Source: Candidatus Nomurabacteria bacterium RIFCSPLOWO2_01_FULL_33_24 (GTDB taxonomy: Bacteria > Patescibacteriota > Minisyncoccia > Phycocordibacterales > MFUP01). From it: a stretch of 56,554 nt of DNA. The notes beneath the pieces were generated by a model. It ran no database searches and was not told the origin of the DNA. It worked only from the letters and a program-made list of their open reading frames with translations. Every line of letters begins with the position of its first letter. Position 1 is the stretch's first letter. The stretch lies in assembly GCA_001785735.1 (NCBI GenBank), contig MFUP01000014.1:1-56554 (forward strand), given 5' to 3'. Positions 36,663 through 45,337 of this stretch are shown one piece after another. Made by a program: the position numbers and the translations under genes.

Positions 36663-38834
36663 ATGAAAACAAAAGAATATTCCGTTGAGATTGGTGGTAA
36701 AAAAATTATCGCTCAATTTACAGATTTAGCTGACCAGGCCGATGGTTCAGTTATTTTAAAATCTGAAGACACGGTGGTTTTTGCTTCGGCGGTAATGTCA
36801 AAAAAGAAGGAAGATCTTGGTTTTTTCAACTTAACTGTTGAATATATGGAAAAATTTTACGCCGCCGGCGAAATATTAGGAAGCCGGTTTACCAGAAGAG
36901 AAGGCCGTCCCTCAAATGAAGCCATTATCACCAGCCGAATGATTGATCGAACTATTCGCCCATTGTTTGAAAAACATATAAAATATGGAGTCCAAATAAT
37001 TGTAATGGTTCTTTCGGTCGGGAAACAAGACCCAGGAATATTAGCTATTAATGCCTCTTCTTTGGCCTTAGGAACCTCTAGTATTCCTTGGGATGGACCA
37101 ATTGGGGCTGTTCAGGTTGGAAAATTAAAAGGAGAGAAGGAATTAAAAATAAATTCTAATCTTTCAATAAAAACTGATACTTCCCAAGATATTGTTTCTA
37201 CTCATGATGTAAATTTGGTTGTTTGCGGAAAAGATGGAAATATAAACATGATAGAAGCAATGGCTTTTGAGTCTCCAGAAGAAGAAATAGGAAAAGCATT
37301 TAATTTAGCTTCAATAGAAATAACTAAGTGGGAAAAATTTCAAAAAGAAATAATCAATGAAACAGGAAAAGAAAAAATAATAATAGAAAAACCAGAAATT
37401 CCTCGTGAAATAATTGATCTCTTTAAGAAAAATCTTGAAGAAAAGGCAAAAAACTATATCTTTAGCGACTCCAAAAAGACAGATCAGTTAAATAAATTTG
37501 GAATAGAAGAATTAGAAAATGAATGGGAAAAACTTATTGAAAATAAATATCCAGAAGATGAGGATCTAAAATCATTAGCTAAAGATTTTATTTATCATAA
37601 AGTTGACGAGATCCTTCATGAAGAAGTTCTTAAAAACAACAAGAGAGCTGACGGGAGAGAGCTAGATGAAGTTAGGCTTATTTATGCTCAAGCTGGAAAT
37701 ATTTCTCCAATCTTGCACGGATCGGGAATATTTTATCGGGGAGCAACTCATGTTTTTTCCGCCTTAACTTTAGGAGGTCCGGAAGATGCTTTCCTGTCTG
37801 ATGGGATAGAAGTTAGGGGAGAAAAAAGATTTATGCATCATTATAATTTTCCTCCGTTTTCCTCTGGAGAAACTGGAAGGGTAGGCGGATTAAACAGGAG
37901 AGAAATTGGTCATGGGACTTTAGCAGAAAAAGCTTTAATCCCAGTTATTCCTTCAAAAGAAGACTTTCCTTACACTATTCGTTTAGTTTCTGAATCGATG
38001 GCCTCAAATGGATCAACTTCTCAAGCTTCAATTTGCGCTAGCACTATTGCTTTAATGGATGGAGGAGTGCCAATAAAAGCCCCCGTCGCTGGTATTGCGA
38101 TAGGTTTAATGATGAGCAAAGTGAAGTCCGCCTCTGGAGAATTAGATTACAAAATCTTAACTGATATTCAGGGACCAGAAGACCATCATGGAGATATGGA
38201 TTTTAAAGTAGCTGGAACTAGGGAGGGGGTAACTGCTATTCAACTGGATATAAAAGTTGGCGGTATCCCAATTAAAATCTTAGAAGAAGGGTTGAGACAA
38301 GCTAAGAAAGCTCGTTTAGAAATTTTAGATATCATTGAAAAAGAAATAGAGAAACCAAGATTAAATATTTCTTCTAATGCTCCAAAAATTCTTATTACTA
38401 AAATTAAAACAGATCAAATTGGTCTTCTGATTGGACCTGGAGGAAAAACTATTAATGGCATAAAAGATAGGACCGGGGCTGATATTAAAGTAGAAGACGA
38501 TGGATCTGTTTATCTAACTGGGAAAAATGGTTCCGCGGAAGAAGCCTTAAAAATAGTTGAAGAATTAACTCATGAATATAAAATTGGTGATACTGCTGAG
38601 GGGGTAGTAGTAAAAGTGCTAGATTTTGGAGCTTTTGTTAAAATTAGTCCTACTACTGAAGGATTGGTTCATATTTCTGAGCTTGCTTCGTTTAGGGTGG
38701 ACGATATTTTTAAAATCATAAAGGAAGGAGAAAAAGTCCCAGTAAAAATTATAAAAGTTGATAATGGAAAATTGGGATTATCAATAAAAGCAATTAAACC
38801 AGACTTTTTTCCAAAACCTTTTATAAAAAAATAA
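36663..38834 (+). CDS. pnp: Polyribonucleotide nucleotidyltransferase
   Basis: RREGRPS, IDRTIRPLF, HHYNFPPFS, RREIGHG, GDMDFKVAG, KH and S1 domains. Confidence 0.97.
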   Translation: MKTKEYSVEIGGKKIIAQFTDLADQADGSVILKSEDTVVFASAVMSKKKEDLGFFNLTVEYMEKFYAAGEILGSRFTRREGRPSNEAIITSRMIDRTIRPLFEKHIKYGVQIIVMVLSVGKQDPGILAINASSLALGTSSIPWDGPIGAVQVGKLKGEKELKINSNLSIKTDTSQDIVSTHDVNLVVCGKDGNINMIEAMAFESPEEEIGKAFNLASIEITKWEKFQKEIINETGKEKIIIEKPEIPREIIDLFKKNLEEKAKNYIFSDSKKTDQLNKFGIEELENEWEKLIENKYPEDEDLKSLAKDFIYHKVDEILHEEVLKNNKRADGRELDEVRLIYAQAGNISPILHGSGIFYRGATHVFSALTLGGPEDAFLSDGIEVRGEKRFMHHYNFPPFSSGETGRVGGLNRREIGHGTLAEKALIPVIPSKEDFPYTIRLVSESMASNGSTSQASICASTIALMDGGVPIKAPVAGIAIGLMMSKVKSASGELDYKILTDIQGPEDHHGDMDFKVAGTREGVTAIQLDIKVGGIPIKILEEGLRQAKKARLEILDIIEKEIEKPRLNISSNAPKILITKIKTDQIGLLIGPGGKTINGIKDRTGADIKVEDDGSVYLTGKNGSAEEALKIVEELTHEYKIGDTAEGVVVKVLDFGAFVKISPTTEGLVHISELASFRVDDIFKIIKEGEKVPVKIIKVDNGKLGLSIKAIKPDFFPKPFIKK

Positions 38835-38859
38835 TCTCATTAGAATAAAACAATTTGAT

Positions 38860-39723
38860 ATGAATCTAGGTTCAATTCAAAAAAATAATAAAGAAGAAAA
38901 AAACAGAAGATATATTGTTAGAACTTATACCTCTGATATAGAAGAAGCTTTGCGTAAAGAAAATGGTTCTGTGGTAAAAATTGCGATTGATGAACAGAAA
39001 AAAAAAGATTATCTTTCTTTAGAACCTAAAAAAAATAGATTTTGGGTGATTATTAGCATTGTTTTGTTTGTGATTGGATTAGGAGTTATTATTATTTTAT
39101 TAATTCCAAAAAAAGAAACGGGGGGCGTCTTAAAAAACACACCAATAATTAAACCAATTATTGCTTCAGAGATAATTAAAAATATAGATATTGCTGGGGT
39201 TGATAAAGACAGAATTATGAGATTTATCGCTGACGAATTAAATAATAATACTCTTCGTTTGGATGTTGTTGAAAATATTAATCTTGTTGAAAATATCTCT
39301 TTAGGAGAACAACCGATCGAAACTAGCAGATTTCTTCACTTAATTGGAAGCCGGGTTCCCCCTCCTTTACTTAGATCTTTGGATGATTATTTTATGATCG
39401 GACTTTATGCTTTTGACGGTAATAATTTGTTTGTTTTGTTTAAAACAAGTTCATATGAAAATACTTTTGCTGGAATGCTGGACTGGGAGAGCGAAATATT
39501 TGGTGAGTTTTATCAAATGTTTAATATTGATGTTTCGGGAGAAAGATCAGAATTATTTAATAAAAAATTTAAGGATATCTTTGTAAGAAACAGAGATGCC
39601 CGAGCTATTATAGATGAAAACGGGGAAATTGTTTTGATGTATTTATTTATTAATAAAAATACAATTATTATCACTCGGGACGAGAATTCTTTATTGGAAG
39701 TAATAACTAGGCTAGGAAATTAA
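38860..39723 (+). CDS. Single-pass membrane hypothetical protein
   Basis: N-terminal VRTYTSDIEEAL, one TM segment, external domain with FAGMLDWE. Confidence 0.8.
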   Translation: MNLGSIQKNNKEEKNRRYIVRTYTSDIEEALRKENGSVVKIAIDEQKKKDYLSLEPKKNRFWVIISIVLFVIGLGVIIILLIPKKETGGVLKNTPIIKPIIASEIIKNIDIAGVDKDRIMRFIADELNNNTLRLDVVENINLVENISLGEQPIETSRFLHLIGSRVPPPLLRSLDDYFMIGLYAFDGNNLFVLFKTSSYENTFAGMLDWESEIFGEFYQMFNIDVSGERSELFNKKFKDIFVRNRDARAIIDENGEIVLMYLFINKNTIIITRDENSLLEVITRLGN

Positions 39724-39748
39724 AGTTAAAAAATGCTATTATATAGAA

Positions 39749-40108
39749 ATGAGTAAATTAAATCTAGAATATTATAAGAAAAATTTAGAGGAAGAAAAAA
39801 CACTTTTGGAAGGTCAGCTTTCTGAATTGGGAGTTGTTGATCCAAAAAGTAATGACTGGGGAGCAATTCTTCCAGGTAAAGATGATCAAGCAGATCCTAG
39901 TATTGCCGCTGATCGCTTGGAAGATTTTGGCGAGAGAAGCGCTACTTTGGGGGAATTAGAGATAAGATATAAAAGTATTTTGGAAGCCTTAAAAAAAATA
40001 GAAATAGGAGGGTATGGGGTTTGCAAAATTTGTAAAGAGATAATTGAAACCAAAAGACTAGAAGCTAATCCTTCTTCTAATACCTGTATTAAACACAAAG
40101 AAGAGTAA
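39749..40108 (+). CDS. TraR/DksA-family zinc-finger protein
   Basis: Coiled coil followed by YGVCKIC..I..RLEANP..TCIKH. Confidence 0.88.
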   Translation: MSKLNLEYYKKNLEEEKTLLEGQLSELGVVDPKSNDWGAILPGKDDQADPSIAADRLEDFGERSATLGELEIRYKSILEALKKIEIGGYGVCKICKEIIETKRLEANPSSNTCIKHKEE

Positions 40109-40109
40109 A

Positions 40110-41651
40110 ATGGCTTTCTCGCGTGTTTATTCTGCTCAAACTAATTTATTAAAAGGACAAATTATTACTATTGAAACAGACCTTTCCCGAGGACTGCATT
40201 CATTTAATATTGTTGGTCTCCCAGACAAAGCGGTTGAGGAATCAAAAGACAGAGTTAGTTCAGCTATAAAAAATTCTGGTTATAAATCACCCAAAAGTAC
40301 TAATCAAAAAATAATTGTTTCTCTCGCTCCGGCTGATTTCAAAAAAGAGGGCCCTTTTTTTGATTTAGCAGTTGCTTTGGGCTATCTTTTATCTTCTGGG
40401 GAGATAAACTTTGCCCCGGAGAAAAAAATTTTTTTAGGGGAACTTTCCTTAAATGGGGAATTACAAAGTATCCGAGGAGCTCTTCCGTTGGTAGAAGAGG
40501 CAAAAAATAATGGATTTGAAGAAATTTTTTTACCTAAGCAAAATACTAAAGAGGCGGCTTTAATTGATGGCGTTAAAATTTTTGGAGCTAGTAATTTAAA
40601 AGAAGTAATTAATCATTTAAATTTAAAACAAGAAACAGATATTAATAAAAATTTTAAACTTTCTCCGGAAGAAAAAACTATTATTAAAAAGGGGATAAAA
40701 AAATATAACATAGATTTTTCTGATATTAGGGGACAAGAGGGGGCTAAAAGGGGATTGGAAATTGCGGCCGCTGGTGGCCACAATATTGCTATGACTGGAC
40801 CGGCAGGAACAGGAAAAACAATGTTGGCGAGAGTTTTTTCTCAGATTTTACCGGAATTAGATAACAACGAGATTTTAGAAATTACCAGCATCCACTCAAT
40901 AGCAGGAACCCTGAAAGATAATTTATTAACGGAGCCACCTTTTAGAGCTCCTCATCATACTGCTTCTCATGTTTCTATTGTTGGAGGAGGAGTTTACCCT
41001 AAACCAGGGGAAATAACTTTGGCTCATCGAGGAGTTCTTTTCTTGGATGAGTTCCCGGAGTTTGAAAAAAGAGTAATTGAATCACTTCGTCAACCATTAG
41101 AAGATAATATTGTTAATATTTCTCGAGCCAAAGGATCAGCTGTCTTCCCGTCAAATTTTATTTTAATCGCGGCCATGAATCCATGCCCTTGTGGCAATCT
41201 CGGATCTGAAAATAAAGAATGTATTTGTCGACCAAGCGATTTAGCTCGCTATCAAAGAAAACTCTCTGGACCAATTATGGATCGGATTGATATTTGGGTT
41301 CAAGTAGGAAATGTTGATTATCAAAAATTAGGAGGGGAGAGTTCTGGGGAAAAAACAAGAACAATTAAAAAAAGAGTGGCTGGGGCGCGGCAAAGACAAG
41401 AAAAGAGATTTAAAAAATTTAGACGAAATATAAAAAATAATAGCGCCATGAATGTTAAAGACATTACTAAAATTACTCCTCTTGGTATTGAAGTTAGAGA
41501 ACTTTTAAACCAAAGTGCGGAAAAATTAAGTTTGTCGGCTCGCGCTTATCACCGAGTGATAAAACTAGCTCGGACTATTGCTGATTTGGAAGAATCTGAA
41601 GAAATTAAAACCTCTCATCTTCTAGAAGCCTTACAATACCGCCCCCGATAG
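40110..41651 (+). CDS. comM: ComM/YifB Mg-chelatase-like AAA+ ATPase
   Basis: IVGLPD, GPAGTGKT, PFRAPHHTAS, GEITLAHRGVLFLDE, MNPCPCG, LSARAYHR. Confidence 0.93.
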   Translation: MAFSRVYSAQTNLLKGQIITIETDLSRGLHSFNIVGLPDKAVEESKDRVSSAIKNSGYKSPKSTNQKIIVSLAPADFKKEGPFFDLAVALGYLLSSGEINFAPEKKIFLGELSLNGELQSIRGALPLVEEAKNNGFEEIFLPKQNTKEAALIDGVKIFGASNLKEVINHLNLKQETDINKNFKLSPEEKTIIKKGIKKYNIDFSDIRGQEGAKRGLEIAAAGGHNIAMTGPAGTGKTMLARVFSQILPELDNNEILEITSIHSIAGTLKDNLLTEPPFRAPHHTASHVSIVGGGVYPKPGEITLAHRGVLFLDEFPEFEKRVIESLRQPLEDNIVNISRAKGSAVFPSNFILIAAMNPCPCGNLGSENKECICRPSDLARYQRKLSGPIMDRIDIWVQVGNVDYQKLGGESSGEKTRTIKKRVAGARQRQEKRFKKFRRNIKNNSAMNVKDITKITPLGIEVRELLNQSAEKLSLSARAYHRVIKLARTIADLEESEEIKTSHLLEALQYRPR

Positions 41652-41704
41652 GTAAATAGTTATAAATTATAATTTTAGAAGCCTAAAAATTTTATCTTTT
41701 ATCT

Positions 41705-42757
41705 CTATTGTGCCCAAGAGTTGTCTATTTCTGGATTTTTGGCGCCTCTAACCTCAAAGTGAAGATGTGGTCCGGTTGAGCGTCCGGTATTACCAGAATA
41801 ACCAACCACTTGCCCTTGGACAACATTAACTCCTTGGTTAATGGCGGTACTATTCAGGTGGGCATAGAGAGTTTTTGTTCCATTGTCATGATCAATCACT
41901 ATGTATTTACCATAACCACCATTATATCCTCTATCTCTGACTAAATTAACCTTTCCGGAGGCCGAAGCGACAACTGGGGTTCCAGTACTAACAGCAAGGT
42001 CAACAGCATTAAACCCATGAATTCCTTGTGATCTTCTTCCTCCAGAAACTGGACGAATATAATAATCAGAATATTCAAGACCTCCGCCCCAAGAAGATCC
42101 TTTTTTATTGGAAGCCTTAGTTGTCGTGCTAGACGCGCTTTTCACAGTAATTTTTACTCCTCCCGGGATAAAGATCTCTTCGCCAACAACCAAAGCTTTG
42201 GGATTAATATCATTAAAAATAGATATTTCTTCTATCCCTTCTTCGCTTACTTTAAAATTTTTAATAATACTCCCCAAAGTATCTCCTTTTTTGATTGTAT
42301 ATTTAACACCGTCAACAGGCGGGATTTCAAGTATCTGTCCTATTTTAATAGATCCTTTAGAACTAAGGTCGTTGGCCCAAAAAATCGTATTTTCTTTAAG
42401 ATCAAAGGCTTGAGCAATTTGAGAAATGGTATCTCCTTCTCTCACAATATAAAAATTTATTTTCCCCGGAGAGAAAGTTTCAGATTCTAAATCAGCAATT
42501 GTTCCTAATGGGCCACTAAATGGAATCAGGGTTGAATCAATAATAACAATATCTCCGCCACCAAAAGGCGCTATCATGTTTGGTATTTCTGTATCAAGTA
42601 AAAGAATTGACTGAGAATTAAAACTAATTTCTTCTGTGATTCTATTTTTTTTATCAAAATTAAAAATATTAACAGCCGAGGAAAAAAAGACCGCACTAAC
42701 CCCAAAAGGAATAATAATAATCAGGATCAAAACAAGAAAGCCCAAAGACGATCTCAT
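41705..42757 (-). CDS. LysM-containing M23 peptidoglycan endopeptidase
   Basis: Two LysM domains (YIVREGDTI, YTIKKGDTL); HGFNAVD, YAHL, GRSTGPHLHFE. Confidence 0.93.
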   Translation of the reverse strand: MRSSLGFLVLILIIIIPFGVSAVFFSSAVNIFNFDKKNRITEEISFNSQSILLLDTEIPNMIAPFGGGDIVIIDSTLIPFSGPLGTIADLESETFSPGKINFYIVREGDTISQIAQAFDLKENTIFWANDLSSKGSIKIGQILEIPPVDGVKYTIKKGDTLGSIIKNFKVSEEGIEEISIFNDINPKALVVGEEIFIPGGVKITVKSASSTTTKASNKKGSSWGGGLEYSDYYIRPVSGGRRSQGIHGFNAVDLAVSTGTPVVASASGKVNLVRDRGYNGGYGKYIVIDHDNGTKTLYAHLNSTAINQGVNVVQGQVVGYSGNTGRSTGPHLHFEVRGAKNPEIDNSWAQ

Positions 42758-42923
42758 TGATTGAAACTTGATATAAAAGTAATTTGTCGCCCGACTATCA
42801 ATATCTGATTTGGAACCATCGGGGTCCTGTTTATTAGGTTTGATAAGCCAAAAAATGTTATTTTAACGGTCTTTTCAGACAAAACTCCTTTACAGAAACA
42901 AGCCCTAAGGCCTCACTTTAGAA

Positions 42924-42952
42924 AGCATATCTCAAAAAGAGGAGGGGGTCAA
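42924..42952 (-). promoter_or_regulatory. Sigma70 promoter of the M23 gene
   Basis: TTGACC-N17-TATGCT on the minus strand. Confidence 0.6.
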
Positions 42953-43002
42953 TGGGACTGTGGAAATCTTTCTAACTCCCCCAAAAATGCTAAAATAGAA
43001 AA

Positions 43003-43794
43003 ATGAAAGCAAAGAAATCACTTGGGCAACATTTTTTAACATCCTTAAAAGTAGTGGGCGATATTGTTAGAGCTGGGAATATCAAAAAAGGTGATCTTGT
43101 CCTAGAAATTGGCCCGGGAAAGGGAGTTTTAACCAGGAAACTTCTTTTTTTGGCCAAGAAAGTAATAGCCATAGATAAGGATAGGGAATTAGTTTTTTTC
43201 CTTCAAGAAAAATTTAAAGGAGAAATAGAATCAAAAAGGCTAAAATTAATTCATCAAGACATATTAAATTACTCCCCGCCAAGTTACCCTTACAAACTAG
43301 TAGCCAACATTCCTTATTACATTACTGGTGAAATATTTAGAAAATTCCTTTCTTCTAATCACCAACCAAAAAGCATGATTTTATTGGTCCAGAAAGAAGT
43401 AGCCAGAAGGATAATGGCTCATGATGGCAAAGAAAGCATTTTATCTATTAGTATCAAGGCTTATGGCCAACCAAAATATCTGGGAGTAGTAAAAGCTAAA
43501 AATTTTAAACCAGAACCTAAAGTGGATTCAGCTATTTTATTAATAGACAAAATATCAAAAGATTTTTTTCAGAAGATGGGTGAACAAAAATTCTTTAGTA
43601 TTTTAAAAATAGGCTTCGCTCACAAAAGAAAAATGCTAATTGGAAATTTAGGGAAGATTGCTTCAAGAAAAAAACTAGAAGAAATATTTGAGAAATGCAA
43701 TCTTCCAAAAAAAATCAGGGCCGAAGATTTAAGCCCTGAAAATTGGAAGAGTTTGTTTCTTAATATTTTTACCAGGGGGAAGTCCCAAACATAG
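43003..43794 (+). CDS. rsmA: 16S rRNA adenine dimethyltransferase KsgA
   Basis: KKSLGQHFL, VLEIGPGKG, VANIPYYIT, PKVDSA. Confidence 0.96.
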   Translation: MKAKKSLGQHFLTSLKVVGDIVRAGNIKKGDLVLEIGPGKGVLTRKLLFLAKKVIAIDKDRELVFFLQEKFKGEIESKRLKLIHQDILNYSPPSYPYKLVANIPYYITGEIFRKFLSSNHQPKSMILLVQKEVARRIMAHDGKESILSISIKAYGQPKYLGVVKAKNFKPEPKVDSAILLIDKISKDFFQKMGEQKFFSILKIGFAHKRKMLIGNLGKIASRKKLEEIFEKCNLPKKIRAEDLSPENWKSLFLNIFTRGKSQT

Positions 43795-44308
43795 TGACCT
43801 GGGTTAAATTAATAATGACTGGCGACACTGTTACTTCTGATGCTGGACCAACGCCATTTGTACAAGTACAAATACCTATTTGCGTTGGGGTTGAGGAAGA
43901 GTAAAGTCCTAATATCCATCTGTTAATGGCAATTGAGGGAATCCGTCGAGTTTTATCATCTGCTGAAGCGGGAATACAATAACCCTCTGAAGCAGTGGTT
44001 AATTTTAGTTTCGGCAAATCTGGTTTTAAGTTAAAAGTTCCAAGACCACATGAGACATCTACGGTAGGCTCCCAAAAAACTCCTTCGTTTCCACCACAAA
44101 TCAAAAGGGTCTCGCATTGTATTTTTTTTTCTTCTAAAATTAGGGCTGGTTTCATAATTATCTTCCCTCCAAATGGTGAGTTTCCTAAAGATCCTAACCC
44201 AGCGATAACATTATTTGTTCCTAAATTACTATTAGGGATAATAAAAACTAAAATTAATAATAGAACAACAGCGGGAATTAAAAAAAGAAATTTAAAATTT
44301 TTTTTCAT
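43769..44308 (-). CDS. Cys-rich exported hypothetical protein
   Basis: N-terminal signal/TM segment, PFGG motif, 6 Cys; divergent from the T4SS-like cluster. Confidence 0.7.
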   Translation of the reverse strand: MKKNFKFLFLIPAVVLLLILVFIIPNSNLGTNNVIAGLGSLGNSPFGGKIIMKPALILEEKKIQCETLLICGGNEGVFWEPTVDVSCGLGTFNLKPDLPKLKLTTASEGYCIPASADDKTRRIPSIAINRWILGLYSSSTPTQIGICTCTNGVGPASEVTVSPVIINLTQVTMFGTSPW

Positions 44309-44386
44309 ATTTATATTAACATTATAAATTAAAATTGCTCTAAAATCTAGTAAAAATGTGGTAGATTATATTATATAACCAATATA

Positions 44387-45304
44387 ATGAATAAATATTT
44401 ACCAAGTAAAAAATTTATTGTCATTTTAAGTATTTTGATTGTTCTAAGTTTATTTTTTTTAATCATCAGTTATCAATCAGCAGGAAAGGTTAACTTTAAA
44501 AAGAAAAATCCAAGCAAAGAAATGTTGGCCATCCAGGGAAGGCCACTACCAATAAATATCACTCAGATAGACACCGATGGAGACGGAATAAAAGATTGGG
44601 AAGAATCTTTGTGGGGAACAAATCCTAAAAACAAAGATTCTGACGGAGATGGAATTTCTGACAATGAAGAAGTTGAAATAAAAAGAAAAGGGTTGGAAAT
44701 AAATTTAAATGAGGAAGGGGAAATTGAGAATTTGAATGAAACTGAAATATTTTCTCGTGAATTTTTTGCAACAGTTGTTGCTCTAAGTGAGTCTGGAAAT
44801 TTAAATGAAATAACAATTAATGAATTAGCAAATACTTTTGGTGAATCAATAATAAAACAAGAAATACCCGATACTTTCTATTCATCCGATTTAAAATTAA
44901 TTGGGGCGGGTCCCCTTGGAGCAAAAACATATTATAACCAAATAAAAACAATTACCGATAAATATAATAGCGAGGGAATTGGTTCAGAGTTAGAAATAGT
45001 TTCCCAAGCTTTATCTTCTCAAAATGTTCTTGTCCTTGAGAAACTTAAAGATATTAGTTTAGCTTATAAATCATTTGCTCAAGATGCCAGTAAAATAAGT
45101 ATTCCTTCTGATTTATTAAATACTCATTTAAGTTTAATAAATAATTATCAAAAAATTAGTCAGTCTATTAATGGAATGGGGTCTTTATTAGATAATCCAA
45201 TTATTGGATTATCTAATTTGAGGCAATACAAACAATATTACAGAGAACTTGAGAAGGTGGTTCTGGAATTAGAAGAATATTTTATTAAAAATGGTATAAT
45301 TTAG
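44387..45304 (+). CDS. Membrane-anchored protein with TSP3-like Ca-binding repeats
   Basis: N-terminal TM segment; DTDGDGIKDWEE..GTNPKNKDSDGDGISDNEE. Confidence 0.8.
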   Translation: MNKYLPSKKFIVILSILIVLSLFFLIISYQSAGKVNFKKKNPSKEMLAIQGRPLPINITQIDTDGDGIKDWEESLWGTNPKNKDSDGDGISDNEEVEIKRKGLEINLNEEGEIENLNETEIFSREFFATVVALSESGNLNEITINELANTFGESIIKQEIPDTFYSSDLKLIGAGPLGAKTYYNQIKTITDKYNSEGIGSELEIVSQALSSQNVLVLEKLKDISLAYKSFAQDASKISIPSDLLNTHLSLINNYQKISQSINGMGSLLDNPIIGLSNLRQYKQYYRELEKVVLELEEYFIKNGII

Positions 45305-45337
45305 GTAAGGCAGAAAGTTAATCTGTGATTTTTTGGT

